A stretch of 64,000 nt of DNA from Felis catus (GCF_018350175.1 NC_058368.1:120468001-120532000), one strand, 5' to 3'; counted from the stretch's first letter, positions 12,523-25,685 are shown. The notes: generated by a model from the sequence alone, not told the origin. Numbers and translations are program-made.

Positions 12523-13808
12523 CACATCTTCTTTATCCATTCATCTATCTGATAGACACTTGAGCTGCTTCCATATCTTGGCTATGAGTTTTTTGTAATA
12601 GTGCTGCAATAAACATAGGGGTGCATATATCTTTTCCAAGTAGTTGTTTTTATTTCCCTTGGGTAAATACCCAGTAGTAGAATTATTGGATCAAAAATAT
12701 TTCTATTTTTAATTTTTAAGAATCTCCATATTGTTTTCCACAGTAGTTAAACCAATTTACATTCTTACCAGCAGCGTGCAAGAGTTCCCTTTTCTCCACA
12801 TCCTTGCCAGTGTTTGTTATTTCTTGTCTTTTTGATACTAAGTCATTCTGATCAGTATGAGGTGATATCCCATTGTGGTTTTGATTTCCATTTCTCTGAT
12901 GATTAGTGATGTTGAGCGTTTTTTCATGTGTCTTTTGGCCATCTGTATGTCTTCTCTGGAAAAATGTCTATTCATTCCTCTGACCATTTTAATCAGAGTT
13001 TGAGTTGTATAAGTTCTTTATATATTTTGGATATTAATCCCTTATGAAATATATCATTTGAAACTATCTTTTCCCATTCAGTAGGTTATCTTTTTATTTT
13101 GTTTATAGTTTTCTTTACTGTGCAAAATCTTCTTATTTTGGTATAGCCCCAATATTTATTTTTGCCTTTGGTTCCCTTACCTGAGGAAACAAATACACAC
13201 ATATATTGCTAAAGCCAATGTCAAAGAGTTTACTACCTATATTTTATTTTAGGAGCTTTATGGATTCAGGTCTGACATTTAGGTCTTAATCTGTCTGAGT
13301 TTATTTTTTTTCATGTTGTAAGAAAGTGGTCCATTTTCAGTCTTTTCCATATGACTGTTCACTTTTTCCAATACCATTTATTGAAAAGTCTGTATTTTCT
13401 CCATTGTATATTCTTGCCTCATTTGTTCTACAATAATTGACCATATGATCATGGATTTATTTCTGTGTTCCCTATTCTGCTCTGTTGCTCTTTGCCTCTA
13501 GTTTTGTGCCTGAATCATACTTTTTTGATTACTGTAGCTTTGTGGTATATCCTGAAATCTGAAATTGTGGTACCTCCAGCTTTGTTCATCTTTCTCAAGA
13601 TTGCTCTGGCTATTCAAAGTCTTTTGTAGTTTCATACGAATTTTAGTATTATTTATTCTAGTTTTGTAAAAAAAAATACCATTGGTATTTTGAAAAGGAT
13701 CACATTGAATCCATAGATTGCTTTGGGCATTAATAGACATTTTAACAATATTAATTCTTCCAATCTAATGAGTATGAACTATGTTTCCATTTATTTGTGT
13801 TGTCTTCA

Positions 13809-14048
13809 TTTTTTTAAATAATTTTTTAAAGTTTATTTATTTTGAGAGAGAGAGAGAGAGAGAGAGAGGGAGCAAGGGAGCACCTAGCAGGGGAGGGGCA
13901 GAGACAGAGCAAGAGAGAGAATCCCAATCATGCTCTGCGCTGCCAGAGGAGAGCCTCTTGAAAGGCTCAAACCCATGAAATGTGAGATCATGACCTGAGC
14001 CGAAGTCAAGAGCCAGATATTTAACTTACTGAACCACTCAGGTGCCCC
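13809..14048 (-). mobile_element. CanSINE nested in L1
   Basis: Antisense SINE ending ctcaggtgcccc; tgtcttc repeated on both flanks. Confidence 0.93.
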
Positions 14049-16689
14049 TGTCTTCTTGTTCATTCATCATTAGCTTATAGCTTTCAGAGTGTAGGTTTTT
14101 CACCTCTGTGGTTTATTCCTGTGTATTTTATTCTTTTTGGTGCAACTGTAAACGGAATAGTTTTCTTAATTTATCTTTCTGCTACTGTGTTGAGAGTTTT
14201 TAATCATGAGTGGATGTTGTATTTTGTCAAATGCTTTTCTACATCTTTGAGATGATTATATGGTTTTTATCCTTAACTCTTGTTAATGTGATGTATCACA
14301 CTGATTGATTTGGAGATAATGAACCACACCTGTGTTTCTGGATTAAATCCCACTTGATCATGGTGATTGATCCTTTTAATATATTATTGGATTTGGTTTA
14401 TTAATATTTTGTTGAGGAATCTTACCTCTTTGTTCATCAGGGATACTGGCCTGTAGTTCTCTTTATGTATGTGGTGTCTTTATCCAGTTTTCGTATCAGG
14501 GTAATGCTGGCCTTATAGAATTAATTTGGAAGTTTTCTTTCCTATTTTTTTTTTTTAACAGTTTGAGAAGAATAGGTGTTAACCTTTATTTAAGTGTTGG
14601 TAGAAGTCATTTGTGAAGCTGTCTGGTCCTGGACATTTGCTTTTTGGGAGTTCTTTGATTGCTGATTTAATTTTGTTAATACTAATTGAAGTGTTCAAAT
14701 TTTCTATTTCTTCTTGATTCACTTTTGTAAGATTGTATCCTTTTGGAATTTCGCCATTCCTTCTAGGTTGTTCAATTTGTTTGCAAATAATTTTTCATTA
14801 TGTTCTCTTATAATTTTTTGTATTTCTTTGGTGTCACTTGTTACCTCTCCACCTTCATTTATGATTTTATTTGAATCTTCTCTCTCTCTCTTTTTTTTTT
14901 CCTGATGGGCTGGCTAAAGGTTTATCAATTTTGTCTATCTTTTCTCAAAACCAGCTCTTGGTTTCATTGATTTTGCCAGTATTTTATTTTTAGCTCTTTT
15001 TTTCATTTATTTCTGTTCTAATCTTTATTATTTCCTTGTTTCTACTAACTTTGGGCTTGGTTTGTTCTCTATTTCCTTTAGTTTAGGTTGTTAGAGATTT
15101 TTCTTGCTTCTTGAGGAAGACCTGTATTGCTATAAACTTTCAAGAGCTGCTTTTGCTACATCTCTTAGACTTTGGACCATTGTATTTTCCTTTATGTCCA
15201 TATATTTTTTAATTTTTTCTTTGATTTCTTCATTGGCCCATCGATTGTTTAGTAGCGTATTGTTTAGCCTCCACATTTTTTTTTCAGTTTTTACTTCTAA
15301 TTAATTGCCTGTTTCGTGGTGTTGTGGTCAGAAAAGATTCTTGACATGATTGCATTCTTCTTATTTAGACTTGTTTGTGTGCTAATATGTGATCTATCCT
15401 GAAGAATGCTCCATGTTCACTTGAAGAAAATGTGTATTTTGCTGTTTTGAGATGGAATGCTCTCTCTATATATCTCAAGTCTATCTGATATAATGTGTTG
15501 TTCATAGCCACTATTTTATTTATTGATTTTCTGTCTGGATGAACTGTCCATTGATGTAAGTATAGTATTAAAGTCCCTTATTGCTTTTGGATTGCTATCG
15601 GTATCTCCATTTATGTCTGTTAATGTATGCTTTACATATTGTTTTTGTCCCTTTGTTGAGTTCACAGATATTTACTATTGTTATATCCTGGTTTTTTTTT
15701 GGATTGATCCCTTCTTTTTCTTTTGCCAAGTATTATAATTATAATATTGTATATAAGAATTATAAGAATTATAAGAAGTAATTATACTTCTTACATAGGA
15801 ACTGGCTTACCCTAGATCAAAGTCTTTGTGTTAACGTCTATTTTGTCTGATATTAGTATTGCTACCCTGCCCCCCATACTTTTTTCCACTTTGATTTGCT
15901 TGGAATCAAACCCTCACTTTTAGTCTGTGTGTGCCATTAGGTGTGAACTGAGTTTCTTATAGGGAGCATACAAATGAGTCTTGTTTTTTATCCACTCGCT
16001 CACATTATGTGTTTTGATTGGAGCACCTACTCCATTTACATTTAAAGTAATTATTGATAAATATGTATTTACTGCCATTTTGCTCATTGTTTTCTGATTG
16101 TTTTTGTATTTCTTCTCCATTCCTCTCTTTTACTCTTGCTGTCTTCCCTTGTGGTTTGTTAGTTATACTTAGATTCCTTTGTTTTTATTTTTTGTTTATC
16201 TATTACAGGTTTTTGAATTTTGGTTGCTGTCGGTTTCATATATAATATCCTATGTGTATAGCAGTGTATTTTAAGTTGATGGTTGCTTAAGCCCAAACAC
16301 ATTCTAAAAGCATTAAATTTTTCTCCTCCTCCATGTTTTATGTATATGATACCATACTTTGCATCTGTTTAGTTTGTTTATCCCTTAATTAATTTTTATA
16401 TAAATAATTGATATTCTCCTACTTTTGTATTTTAACCTCTATGCTGGCTTTATAAGTGACTAATTTATAAATATTTTAGAATTTCCATCTTGATTTTTCT
16501 CTTCTTTTTCCAGACATAGAACAGTGTTTCCAGCCTTTTTCTTCTAAATGCATCATTTGTTGCTATTGTTTTTCTAATTATGTTGATATACATTCACAAA
16601 ACATGATCTGAATAATACTAATCATGTAATATGTAGTGATGCTCGCTGTTAGGTCTGTTTTTAAAGATTGTTTAATCTCCAATTATAGG

Positions 16690-17200
16690 GTTATTTCAGT
16701 TATCTCTTGCTGCATAATCAATGATCCCAAAATTTGGTAGCTGAAAAAATCATTTATTTTTAATCTCAAAATTGTATACGTTGATTTAGACCAAAATTGG
16801 ACTCTTACATGCCATGTCAGTGAGATGGTGGCTAGTACTGGAGATAGCTTTAAGCCTCAGAGAGACAGACATCCAAGAAAACACCTGCAACCCTATTTCT
16901 GACACCTCAAGGAAGAACCTAAACATCCAGGAGATAGTTGAGCATCTCTCTCTCCTAGTCTACACTAAGCATGGTTAACTTTGGATTTCCCACAGCATGG
17001 TGGTCCCAGTGTAATTATACTTCTTACATGGGAACTGGCTTACCCTAGATCATCATTCCTATTGACCAAGGTGGAAGCTGCAAGGCTTCTTATAATCTAA
17101 CTATGGAAGTGATACAGTACCTTACCTTATTTGTTACACAGAGTAATCCCATATGCAGTGTATATAGGGCTTCCAATGGTGTGAGTACCAGGAGCCAAGG
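16690..17200 (-). mobile_element. MLT1 (ERVL-MaLR) solo LTR
   Basis: agttatctcttgctgcataa...cccaaaatttggtagctgaaaa and cacagcatggtgg...cttcttacatg...ggaagctgcaaggc are antisense MLT1 motifs. Confidence 0.7.
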
Positions 17201-17451
17201 GTGTTTTTACATGGCCATTAGAAGGTTAAATGTGCTCTTCCAGGCTACTCTACCTTACTATTTTATTTTTGTCCATCTTGATTTCTTCTTTGTCCCAAAT
17301 ATTGCTTAAAATTGTTTTCTAAGTGTATTGTTTTTGGTATTCTTTTCTAACTGTATTGATCAATGCCCATCATGATCTAAGTATGCCAGTTTTCTAAAGT
17401 ATAGTGTTACTTGTCTGTTTGATTTACCAAAATCTTTAAAAAGTTGCTTTA

Positions 17452-17678
17452 GGGATGCCTGGGTGGCTCAGTTGGTTGGGCGTCGACTTCAGCTCAGGTC
17501 ATGATCTCGCGGTCTGGTCCGTGAGTTCAAGCCCCGCGTCAGGCTCTGTGCTGACAGCTCAGAGCCTGGAGCCTGTTTCAGATTCTGTGTCTCCCTCTCT
17601 CTCTGACCCTTCCCCGTTCTTGCCCTGTCTCTCTCTGTCTCAAAAGTAAAATAAAACATTAAGAAAAAAAAAATTAAA
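17452..17678 (+). mobile_element. CanSINE (SINEC_Fc-type)
   Basis: TSD AAAAAGTTGCTTTA at 17438-17451 and 17679-17692. Confidence 0.96.
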
Positions 17679-18254
17679 AAAAAGTTGCTTTAAAATCTGC
17701 TGCTACAAAGCTGGGTTTATTAATTCTACTTAAATTTCTGTCAGTATTTGCTTCCTACTTTTTAAAGGTATATTAGACATGCATTATTTGGAACTTTTTT
17801 TTTTTGCTTCCCTGATGAACTGAATCTTTCATCATTATGCTTCTATTAATAAATTACATTATTTATCTGTAATGATATTTTTTTACCTTAAAAGTATTTT
17901 GCCTGATACTTATGTAATTATACTAGCCTAATGTTGGTTATTAGTTGTTATATATACTCTTCCATACTTGTACCTGCAGCTTTTCTGTGTCCGTAAGTTT
18001 CAGTCTGTCTCCTAAAAGAACATACATCTCAATTGGCTATTTTTGTTCAATCTATTCCAACAATTTTTGTGCTTTTATTGTAGAGCTTAATTGTTCAGAT
18101 TAAGCTTAAGCTTAATCTACTGATATGTGGATTTATTTTTATTATCTTTTTTTAATACCTTAAATTTGACCTATGTCTTCAGGATTTATTTAACTTTTTA
18201 AAACTTTTTTTTGTGCTTTATTTTGCACTAATGGAGTAGTAATTTTGGGCTTTT

Positions 18255-18558
18255 AAAAGATCTTTATTGAGATATTGATATGTAAATAACTGCACATATT
18301 CAATGTGTACAATTTGGTGAGTTTGGACATAAGCAAATACTTGTGATAGCATCACCACAGTCAAGGTAATAGGCATATCTAGCAACTACCAGGGTTTCCT
18401 TGTGCCCCTTTGGGGATTTTTGTTGTTGTTTGCAGTAAGAACATTTAACATGAAATCTACCCTCTTAACAGATTTTGAAGTGCACAACACCATACTGTTA
18501 ATGTAGGCAATATATTGTCCAATAGATCTCTGCAATTTATTCATCTAATATAACTGAA
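18255..18558 (-). mobile_element. L1MA/L1MB 3' end
   Basis: tttattgagata...ctgcacatattcaatgtgtacaattt...gtaagaacatttaacatgaaatctaccctcttaac. Confidence 0.75.
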
Positions 18559-20279
18559 AAATAGTAGTTTGGATATTATTTTAACATCCTTATTTAATTA
18601 AATGAGGCCAAAATGAAACCCAGTGCTTTTGCTGTCACTGTAAACAGTACAAAAACTAGCATGTTGTAGAACTGATCACCACTCCTCTCAATTTGCATGT
18701 TTCTTCCCATATTGAAGTTCTGCCTTGTTTTATTTGTAACCCTTAAACACTTCTGTAATAATTGCTTAGATTTATTTACATGATAATAATATCATAGCTC
18801 TCATTCTTGTGTTTTAGACTTTCTATCTGAGATCAGCTTTTTCCATGGAAATACATCTATTAGATAGTTTCCTAGTGAGGTAAACTTTTGGAATTAAAAA
18901 AAAATCTGAATGCTTTTATTTTGTTCTGTCATTAAAAGTTATTTTTGTCTCAGTACGCTGAAGATATTATTTCATTGGCTTCTGGCTTCCTGTGCATGCT
19001 GCTGATAATTCAGCTCTTAGGCTAATTACCATTCCTTTGTAGGTGACCTCTCTTCCTTCTGTGGCTTCTTTAGAAATATTATCTTTGTTCTTTTGTTATA
19101 CAAATGATAGATCCCATAGATAGATATGTATGCATGTATGTATGACTATGTATTCACATATATACATGAATGTCTTTTTATTTATTTTGTTTGGGTTTTA
19201 TCATAGGTTTTGTGGACTTCTAGTTTGTTGATTTTCGACAATTCTGAAAACTTCTATATTATCACTTGGAATATTAACTCTTCCCATTTTTCTCTTTTCT
19301 CACATTTTGAACACTGATCACTTCTTACTCTATTCTCCATGCATCCTGTCCCCACCTTTCAAGAAATATTTTCCGTTTCTTTGTCTCTCTGAAATATATT
19401 CTGTGTTTCTTCAGATCTTTTCTCCAGATCACCACTTTTAGTTTCAGCAGATTTTAATCTATTCTTTTCACCCTTCAGTTATTGTTTACATCAATTATTA
19501 TATTTTTTCATATGTAAAGCTTTATTTGGTTCTTCTTTACATATGATTGGTTGCTTTATAATCTCTTTTCTTATTCATGGTGTCAATCCTTTCTGTTATA
19601 TTAAAACATATTAAACATACTTATTTTTAATTCTGTTTGATAATTTCACTAATGAAGACTTTTGGGTAGGATTCAACTCTCTATTGATTCTTTGCATCTA
19701 ACTTATAGTCCCTTGTTTGCTTAGATGATAAAAGAGATTTGTCTCTTCAGTCTTATACTTTGGAATAGCCTCTGCAGGAATTCTTTGAGATCTAGTCTAA
19801 AGTTGGATTTCTTCAGAGGATATTACATTTGATTCTGCTAGTTACTTCAAAATATTATCTACTTGACATTATCTGCTAAGATCACTTAAGTTATAGAAGG
19901 TAACAGGAATTTGAGCTCTAAGTGAGGGCAGTTGGTTTTTTATTATCTTTCCCCTCCAGCCAGTATAGAGGTCAAATGTGACAGCGTTCCATGTTATCTT
20001 CTAGATAGTGAGTTAATTTATTACTCACCCTTACTTTGAAGGATCTCCAGGATCTTTGAAGGATCTGGATCTCCAGATTGGTATTGGGGTTTCCTAATAT
20101 CTTTTTACTTTATACTCACCCTAGTCTTTATTTCTATTCTTTTATGCCCTGCATAGATACTAAAATAGGATCCTAAAGTCAACAAGGTTCATCTCAAGGT
20201 GAAATTCATTTACTTACCAGGATTCTTTCTTTGATCCTTCTTTTTTTTCTCCTCTTCACCCTCCTCCTTTTCTTCTTCC

Positions 20280-20281
<2 letters not shown>

Positions 20282-20315
<34 letters not shown>
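20282..20315. repeat. (TG)n microsatellite
   Basis: Pure run. Confidence 0.97.
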
Positions 20316-20320
<5 letters not shown>

Positions 20321-21689
20321 ATCTTGGCAGATTACACATAGTCTGTACTTAGCCACAGCAGTGGTTTAAAAAAAAAAACCATTTTTAAAATGGATTTAAA
20401 AGGTATTTTATCCAGAATATTTAGTTATTTTAAGATGTAAAATTATGTAGAGTAACCAGTCTGTCAAAGGGACAGAAACAGAAGTCATCCCAGCACTAAC
20501 ACTGTGTCTTTCACAAATCTTGCATTCTGTGAATCTGTGGGGGCAGGGTGTGACTGAGTGAGGGCAGGGTCCTTTCACCTTTATTGTACTTTTACATTAG
20601 ACTTTAGAAAAGTATTGTGCTGGGGGGAAATTTAAACCTGCCCAGCCTTTAGGAGGAACCTAAGATGGTATATACTGACTTATTGAACTGAATTAGGTTG
20701 AGCAATTACTTTTCTTACATGTTTTGTGTGGGCTTCCTAGAAAGTACCATTTGTGAAAATGACCCTCGGGCTGCCTCTCACAATCAATCTTGTAGCCCTC
20801 TCGGGATTCTCAATTTGTCAAAATTGTCCAATTTGCTAATATTTTTTTTCTAAACCAATAACCTAAAATGTGAAAATGCCTAAAATGTAGAAATGATATA
20901 TATTAATGTTTCCAAAGTTGTCCTGTCTTTAAAATGGTACAAAAGCAGTTTCATCTTGTAGGTGAATGCAGGGTTGGTTTGTAACCTGAGGAAAGAATAA
21001 GAAAAGTGCACTTTAAACACCCAGGATGGAGAAAAGAGTTGGTATTACACTGAAGTTCTTAAAAAATCTCCAGGCTGATTTCACATTCCATAAAGGACAG
21101 AATCCTTTGAGAGGAGGAGGCAAAAGGAAGGAGAAATAGACATAGTGCCTGCTGCCTGTCTTCCTAGCTTGGATCCAAGAGTTGCTTTTAAATTTATGAG
21201 ATCAGAACATCAAAAGATAGCAGCTAAATATATTCAGGTAGAGTAGAAATTTTGACATAAATTTAGTGACTTATTTTTCCCCTCAAGAAATGAGTGCATG
21301 TGTTTTACAAGCTATTTCTTAGGATTTGATTTACATAGAGACCAATTTACTTAGAAGAGAATTAATAAGCAGGATTCTAAGAAAGAGTACCAGCTGGGTC
21401 AGCTGCTCTGACACTGCCAGGTCACTGGTTACCTAAACTCTGGTTCTATTAGAGCATAAAGAGAAGACCTCTCAGAGGGTCCCCCACTGAAGTGGGGCCA
21501 TGATGGGGTATCCAGCAGCACCATGGAGGGAGGCTTCCGTTTTACCCTCTGCAAGTCACTTACTTGAAAGACGTAGAATCTGTGAGCTGCTGAACTCTGG
21601 GACAGAGGTTGGGTTGTCCAACAGAGCCTATAAAGTGTTGAGAATGTAGACATCGGTTGGAAAGCTCCTAACATGTTCTCATTCAGGAC

Positions 21690-22150
21690 ATAGATAAATA
21701 CACAGTGGGTTTTGTACAGAAAATATTATAGAACAGATAAATGAATGTATAGAATGGAATGTATCACTGTGGTTAAATCTCAAAATAAAATGTCAAACAG
21801 AAACAATGAGCAACCCAAAAAGCAAGTGGCAAGTAGCTTATGCTATTTATGTAAAAATTGTAAAAAATTTTAACAGTTGATATTGTTGATCAATAAATTC
21901 CTGCAAAACCATGTTTGTGGGTGATTCTACAACATGGAAAGATGATGGTTACCTTTAGGGAGGAAAGGCAGGGGATATGGGTTTTTCCTTACTTATAATG
22001 TTTTATATCTTATTTTTAAAAAAGAAAGTCAGCAGAGACCAATATGAAACATACCAGCATATGTTTTATCTTTGTGGTGATTATATAAATATCTATAAGG
22101 CTTTTCTATGTGTCTGAGATAATTTATATTTAAACTTTGAAAAGTGAAAA
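21690..22150 (+). mobile_element. Old L1ME-like 3' end
   Basis: gataaata...aaatctcaaaat...gatgatggttaccttt.ggga and A-rich end. Confidence 0.5.
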
Positions 22151-22165
22151 ACACAATTTTAAAGA

Positions 22166-22372
22166 TAGTACCTTCTCTTAGCACTTCCTGTGATCTTAGA
22201 AATGCTCTGTATTTGCTCTTTTCAACATGATAACCACTAGCCACATGTGGCCACTGAGCATTTAAAATGTGGCTGGTGCAAATGAGGGATTCAATTTTTT
22301 TATTTCATTTAATCGTAATTAATTTTAACTTGAATAGTCACATGTGAGTAATAGATATTACACTAACATGAG
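22166..22372. mobile_element. MER3-like hAT-Charlie MITE
   Basis: ccactagccacatgtggccactgagcatttaaaatgtggct...ttaatt...aatagtcacatgtg. Confidence 0.8.
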
Positions 22373-24434
22373 ACTAGAATATAAGCTCCTTATGAAAGCA
22401 GAATTTGTCATTCTTCACAAACTGTAATTTTAGTGCTTAAAATCACTCTCAGCATTATTAGGTCTCCATACATGGTTTCTGAACTAATGCAATAATGAAT
22501 CACAGTACATATATTCCACCTTCCTTCTGTGTTTTGGTTGACATACATACATAAAATTCTCTAAGCCTAAAACTGTTTCGGTATTATCCTATAAAATTAA
22601 TATTTTCCATCCTTCTCCTCCCTATAGTAACAGTTCTTAGTGCATATTCTAATTAGACTGTGTTGTACATTTTGCATTAATTTAACCTTATTATGTGACT
22701 CCTATTGTGCTATGCTCTCTGTATTCAATATTCTGTCAGTGTACAAGGTAAGGCTAATATTATACCAAGTATGTCAATGACACATTTTTAGAAGTTAACA
22801 AAATTATCTGAGTGCTTCTAAAATCTGAGCTTTCTGAAGTATAGTAATAATAAAACATAAATAAATGCTTTCCAGACAGAAGGGTATACCATGGGCCAGA
22901 GAAATTGCGATCTAATGCGAAAGAAAACAAATAATTGTACAAGAGGAAATTAAAAAAACCCACTTAAATATCAAAGTATGTTTAATGTTTGATGAAGGAG
23001 CAAATTAAAGATGAGGATAAAAAATTATATAACCAAAACGGCATTTTTGCTTTCATGCTTCCATTCCACCTCCTCTCAAAAATACTACAAAACAGGAGTC
23101 ACTTTCTATGATATGTAAATATGTAAATACCCCCATAAAATTGATATAAAAAATACTATGAAGCAAGTGCATGTTGGACGATTGAAGCCTGAAAAAGCTA
23201 ACGTAAGTAAAACAGATGAAAGGAAAGGAAAGAAAATAGGCAGCAACGTCTCAATGTAAGAATTTCCTTCGATTTCCTACCCAAGAAAGAAAAATGGTGA
23301 AGAAAAAAGAAAGCTATTTGTCTCAAAAAAGTGAGTCAGAAAATTGAAGAAATAGAACTTTACCTTCCACTTTGTCTTTGCCTATGAAGAAAGTGGATAG
23401 AGGATAAAGGGGAAGGCCCCTATTGATGGGGAAATGATTTGGGGACCAGTGGACCTACAGTCAAACTTCAGCTATGTCTAGATCAATAAGGAAGTATTAA
23501 AGTGCCATTATTTATGGATCTACAGTGGCTCTTGGCCAGATGAGGGAAAAGTGGCCTAGAAGGCAGACGAATCAAGAGGAAGAACATCACTGGGATGGCA
23601 TTGATCCTCATTGATGCATAGAGTGATGGGGAAATAACTGGAAACAGATTTCATAAGGTCTTCTGTTGTGTGGGGCCAGCAGAATGAATAAAGGGATAAA
23701 TAAAAGCAAATGTCTGATGCCATGGCTCTCCAAAGCCAATATTAATCAGAGGACAAAACTTGCCTTGCAGTTTTAAGAAACTGTTGAGTTTTTCCTGAAA
23801 GCATTCTCCAAAGGTCTGTGTATCTTTAAATGACAGTGCTACCGCACAAGGTGGGGGCCGAAGAATCAATTCAAGTGACTCTAAGTAGTACGTAATTGGC
23901 GAAAGTTGGAGCATAATAGCAGCAGATGCCATCAGAGGGAAGCGCCACAAACATCTACGACTAACTCAGTCCAGGAAGCAGAATTCCAAACTGAAATACA
24001 GAATTCCTTGGACCAGGTCACTTCATCACCCTATTTTGGAAAAGCCACTCAAGAGTCTACCAGTGCATATGTCATCAGTTTCATGTGGGAAGGAGCCCAG
24101 ATATGGAAGAGCACTTCCGTTTATTTATTGTTAGTTTATTAAGAAGGAAAGTGTGATTATAAAATGCCTATCTAGAGTCTGGGCATGAGAATTGAGAATT
24201 GATGATGTTTGGATTATTTATACCTTAAATGGCATGGATGTGGAATCCACTTGAAAACGGAGAAATCAAGCTTTGGTTCAAATTTCTCTAAACATTATGT
24301 GTAAAGACAAATTGATACTGTTTTGGCTATTGATCCGGCATAATTGACTAGTTGATTCTGTTTCTTATGCTCCTAATATATTTCAAAACATTGTAATAAA
24401 TGTTATGCAAAAAAAAATATGGTTATGTAAGAAT

Positions 24435-24655
24435 AAAAGTAGTTACTATTTAGGACTTTCCACCGTGTTTTAGTCACTGTTCTGGGGGATTACATAAATT
24501 ATTTCATTTACTTCTCACCACACTCTGAAGAAGAGACACTATGTACCCACTCCTTTTCAGAAGAAAGAACAGGTGTAGGGAGATTGAAGAGCTTGTTCAG
24601 GTAAAACATCTTAACTCTAGTGGATTCCCCAAATGTCCTTTCAGTTTGTCCACAC
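24435..24655 (-). mobile_element. MIR
   Basis: attatttcatttacttctcac...ccttttcagaagaaagaac antisense MIR core. Confidence 0.55.
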
Positions 24656-25099
24656 TGCTCTGCAAAGAATGAGATTTAAATAAGAATAAGACCATTTTTC
24701 TCAGAGGTCTGCAGTCAAATGGGCGTGTGTGTGTGTGTATGCACGTGTGCGCGTGTGTGTGTAAAACAGTATGGCCTACATTATATGAGAGGAATGGACA
24801 AAGGCTGTAAGAGTCCAAGGAACTCCTAAAAGCTAATGGCAAAATGCTGTTAAAAATAAGAAGAAAAAGAGTAACATCTGAGTTGAAACATGAACACAGG
24901 CCATGAACACTCAGTTTCAAAAGTCAGGAAAATGGATAATAATCCTATGCAGTAATGTTAGATTTAACCTTTTGAAACACAAAACAAAATTCACACTCAC
25001 TGGTGATGTCATTGTTTTTAGCTCTCACTTTACCTCCACAACATGGAGGTAAAATTCGTAAGTAGGTAGACTAAATTGGACTAAAATTCGTAAGTAGGG

Positions 25100-25685
25100 A
25101 GAGAAATAGGCATTCATACTCTACTGAGGAGGACGTAAATGGCAGTGGTTTCCTGGGGATGGACATGGAGTCACTCGTCACATTTTGTGACACTATTTAA
25201 AATGCTTATACCCTTTTTCCAAAAAATGTCACTTCCATTATGATATATACAGTGGACATACATACAGTCAAATAGGAAATAATAGGTACAAATATAAGGT
25301 CTCAGCTGCAAAGGTATCTATCATAGATAGATATCTATTTATTTTTGAAGTAAAAAATGGGGGACAAAACAAATATCCAACAAAAATATGAAAAGCTTAA
25401 TTAAATACATACTCATTTAATGGAATAATGGAGTACTGTATAGGCATTAAGGTGAGATTCTTGAGAAATATTTAAAATGAGGAAAAATTCACATTAAGTG
25501 AAAAGCACTGTATAAAACGTAGATCTCCCAATCACAAGTTATTTTCATATTTATAATTAATATAAACATATTAAAATGTCAGTAACTTCAAGCAGCAAAA
25601 TGTTAACAGAATTTTCTCTAGGGACTAATATTATAGACACTTGGTTTGTTCATATTACGTATTTTCTTCATTTCTCAAATATTCT
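25100..25685 (+). mobile_element. Old L1ME-like 3' region
   Basis: aaataggcattcatac...aatgcttataccctt...aaatatccaaca...aatggaata. Confidence 0.5.

Larger units (their letters stand above)
12020..16470 (-). mobile_element. Carnivore-age L1: 3'UTR, decayed ORF2, inter-ORF region
   Basis: ORF2 start MAVNTYLSIITLNVNG..APIK (ORF 15920-16120); 3'UTR and T-tail near 12.0 kb; internal deletion near 14.19 kb. Confidence 0.95.
10410..20470 (-). mobile_element. Old L1M-type element, fragmented by younger insertions
   Basis: T-rich antisense L1-like segments at about 10.4-11.3, 11.9-12.0, 16.5-16.7 and 17.2-20.5 kb flank the nested LTRs, L1 and SINEs. Confidence 0.55.

Noticed and set aside
15920..16120. 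ORF with endonuclease-like N terminus
   Set aside because: Start of a disrupted L1 ORF2; not an intact CDS.
23000..23700. Processed pseudogene
   Set aside because: No sustained reading frame, poly-A tail, TSD or recognisable protein.
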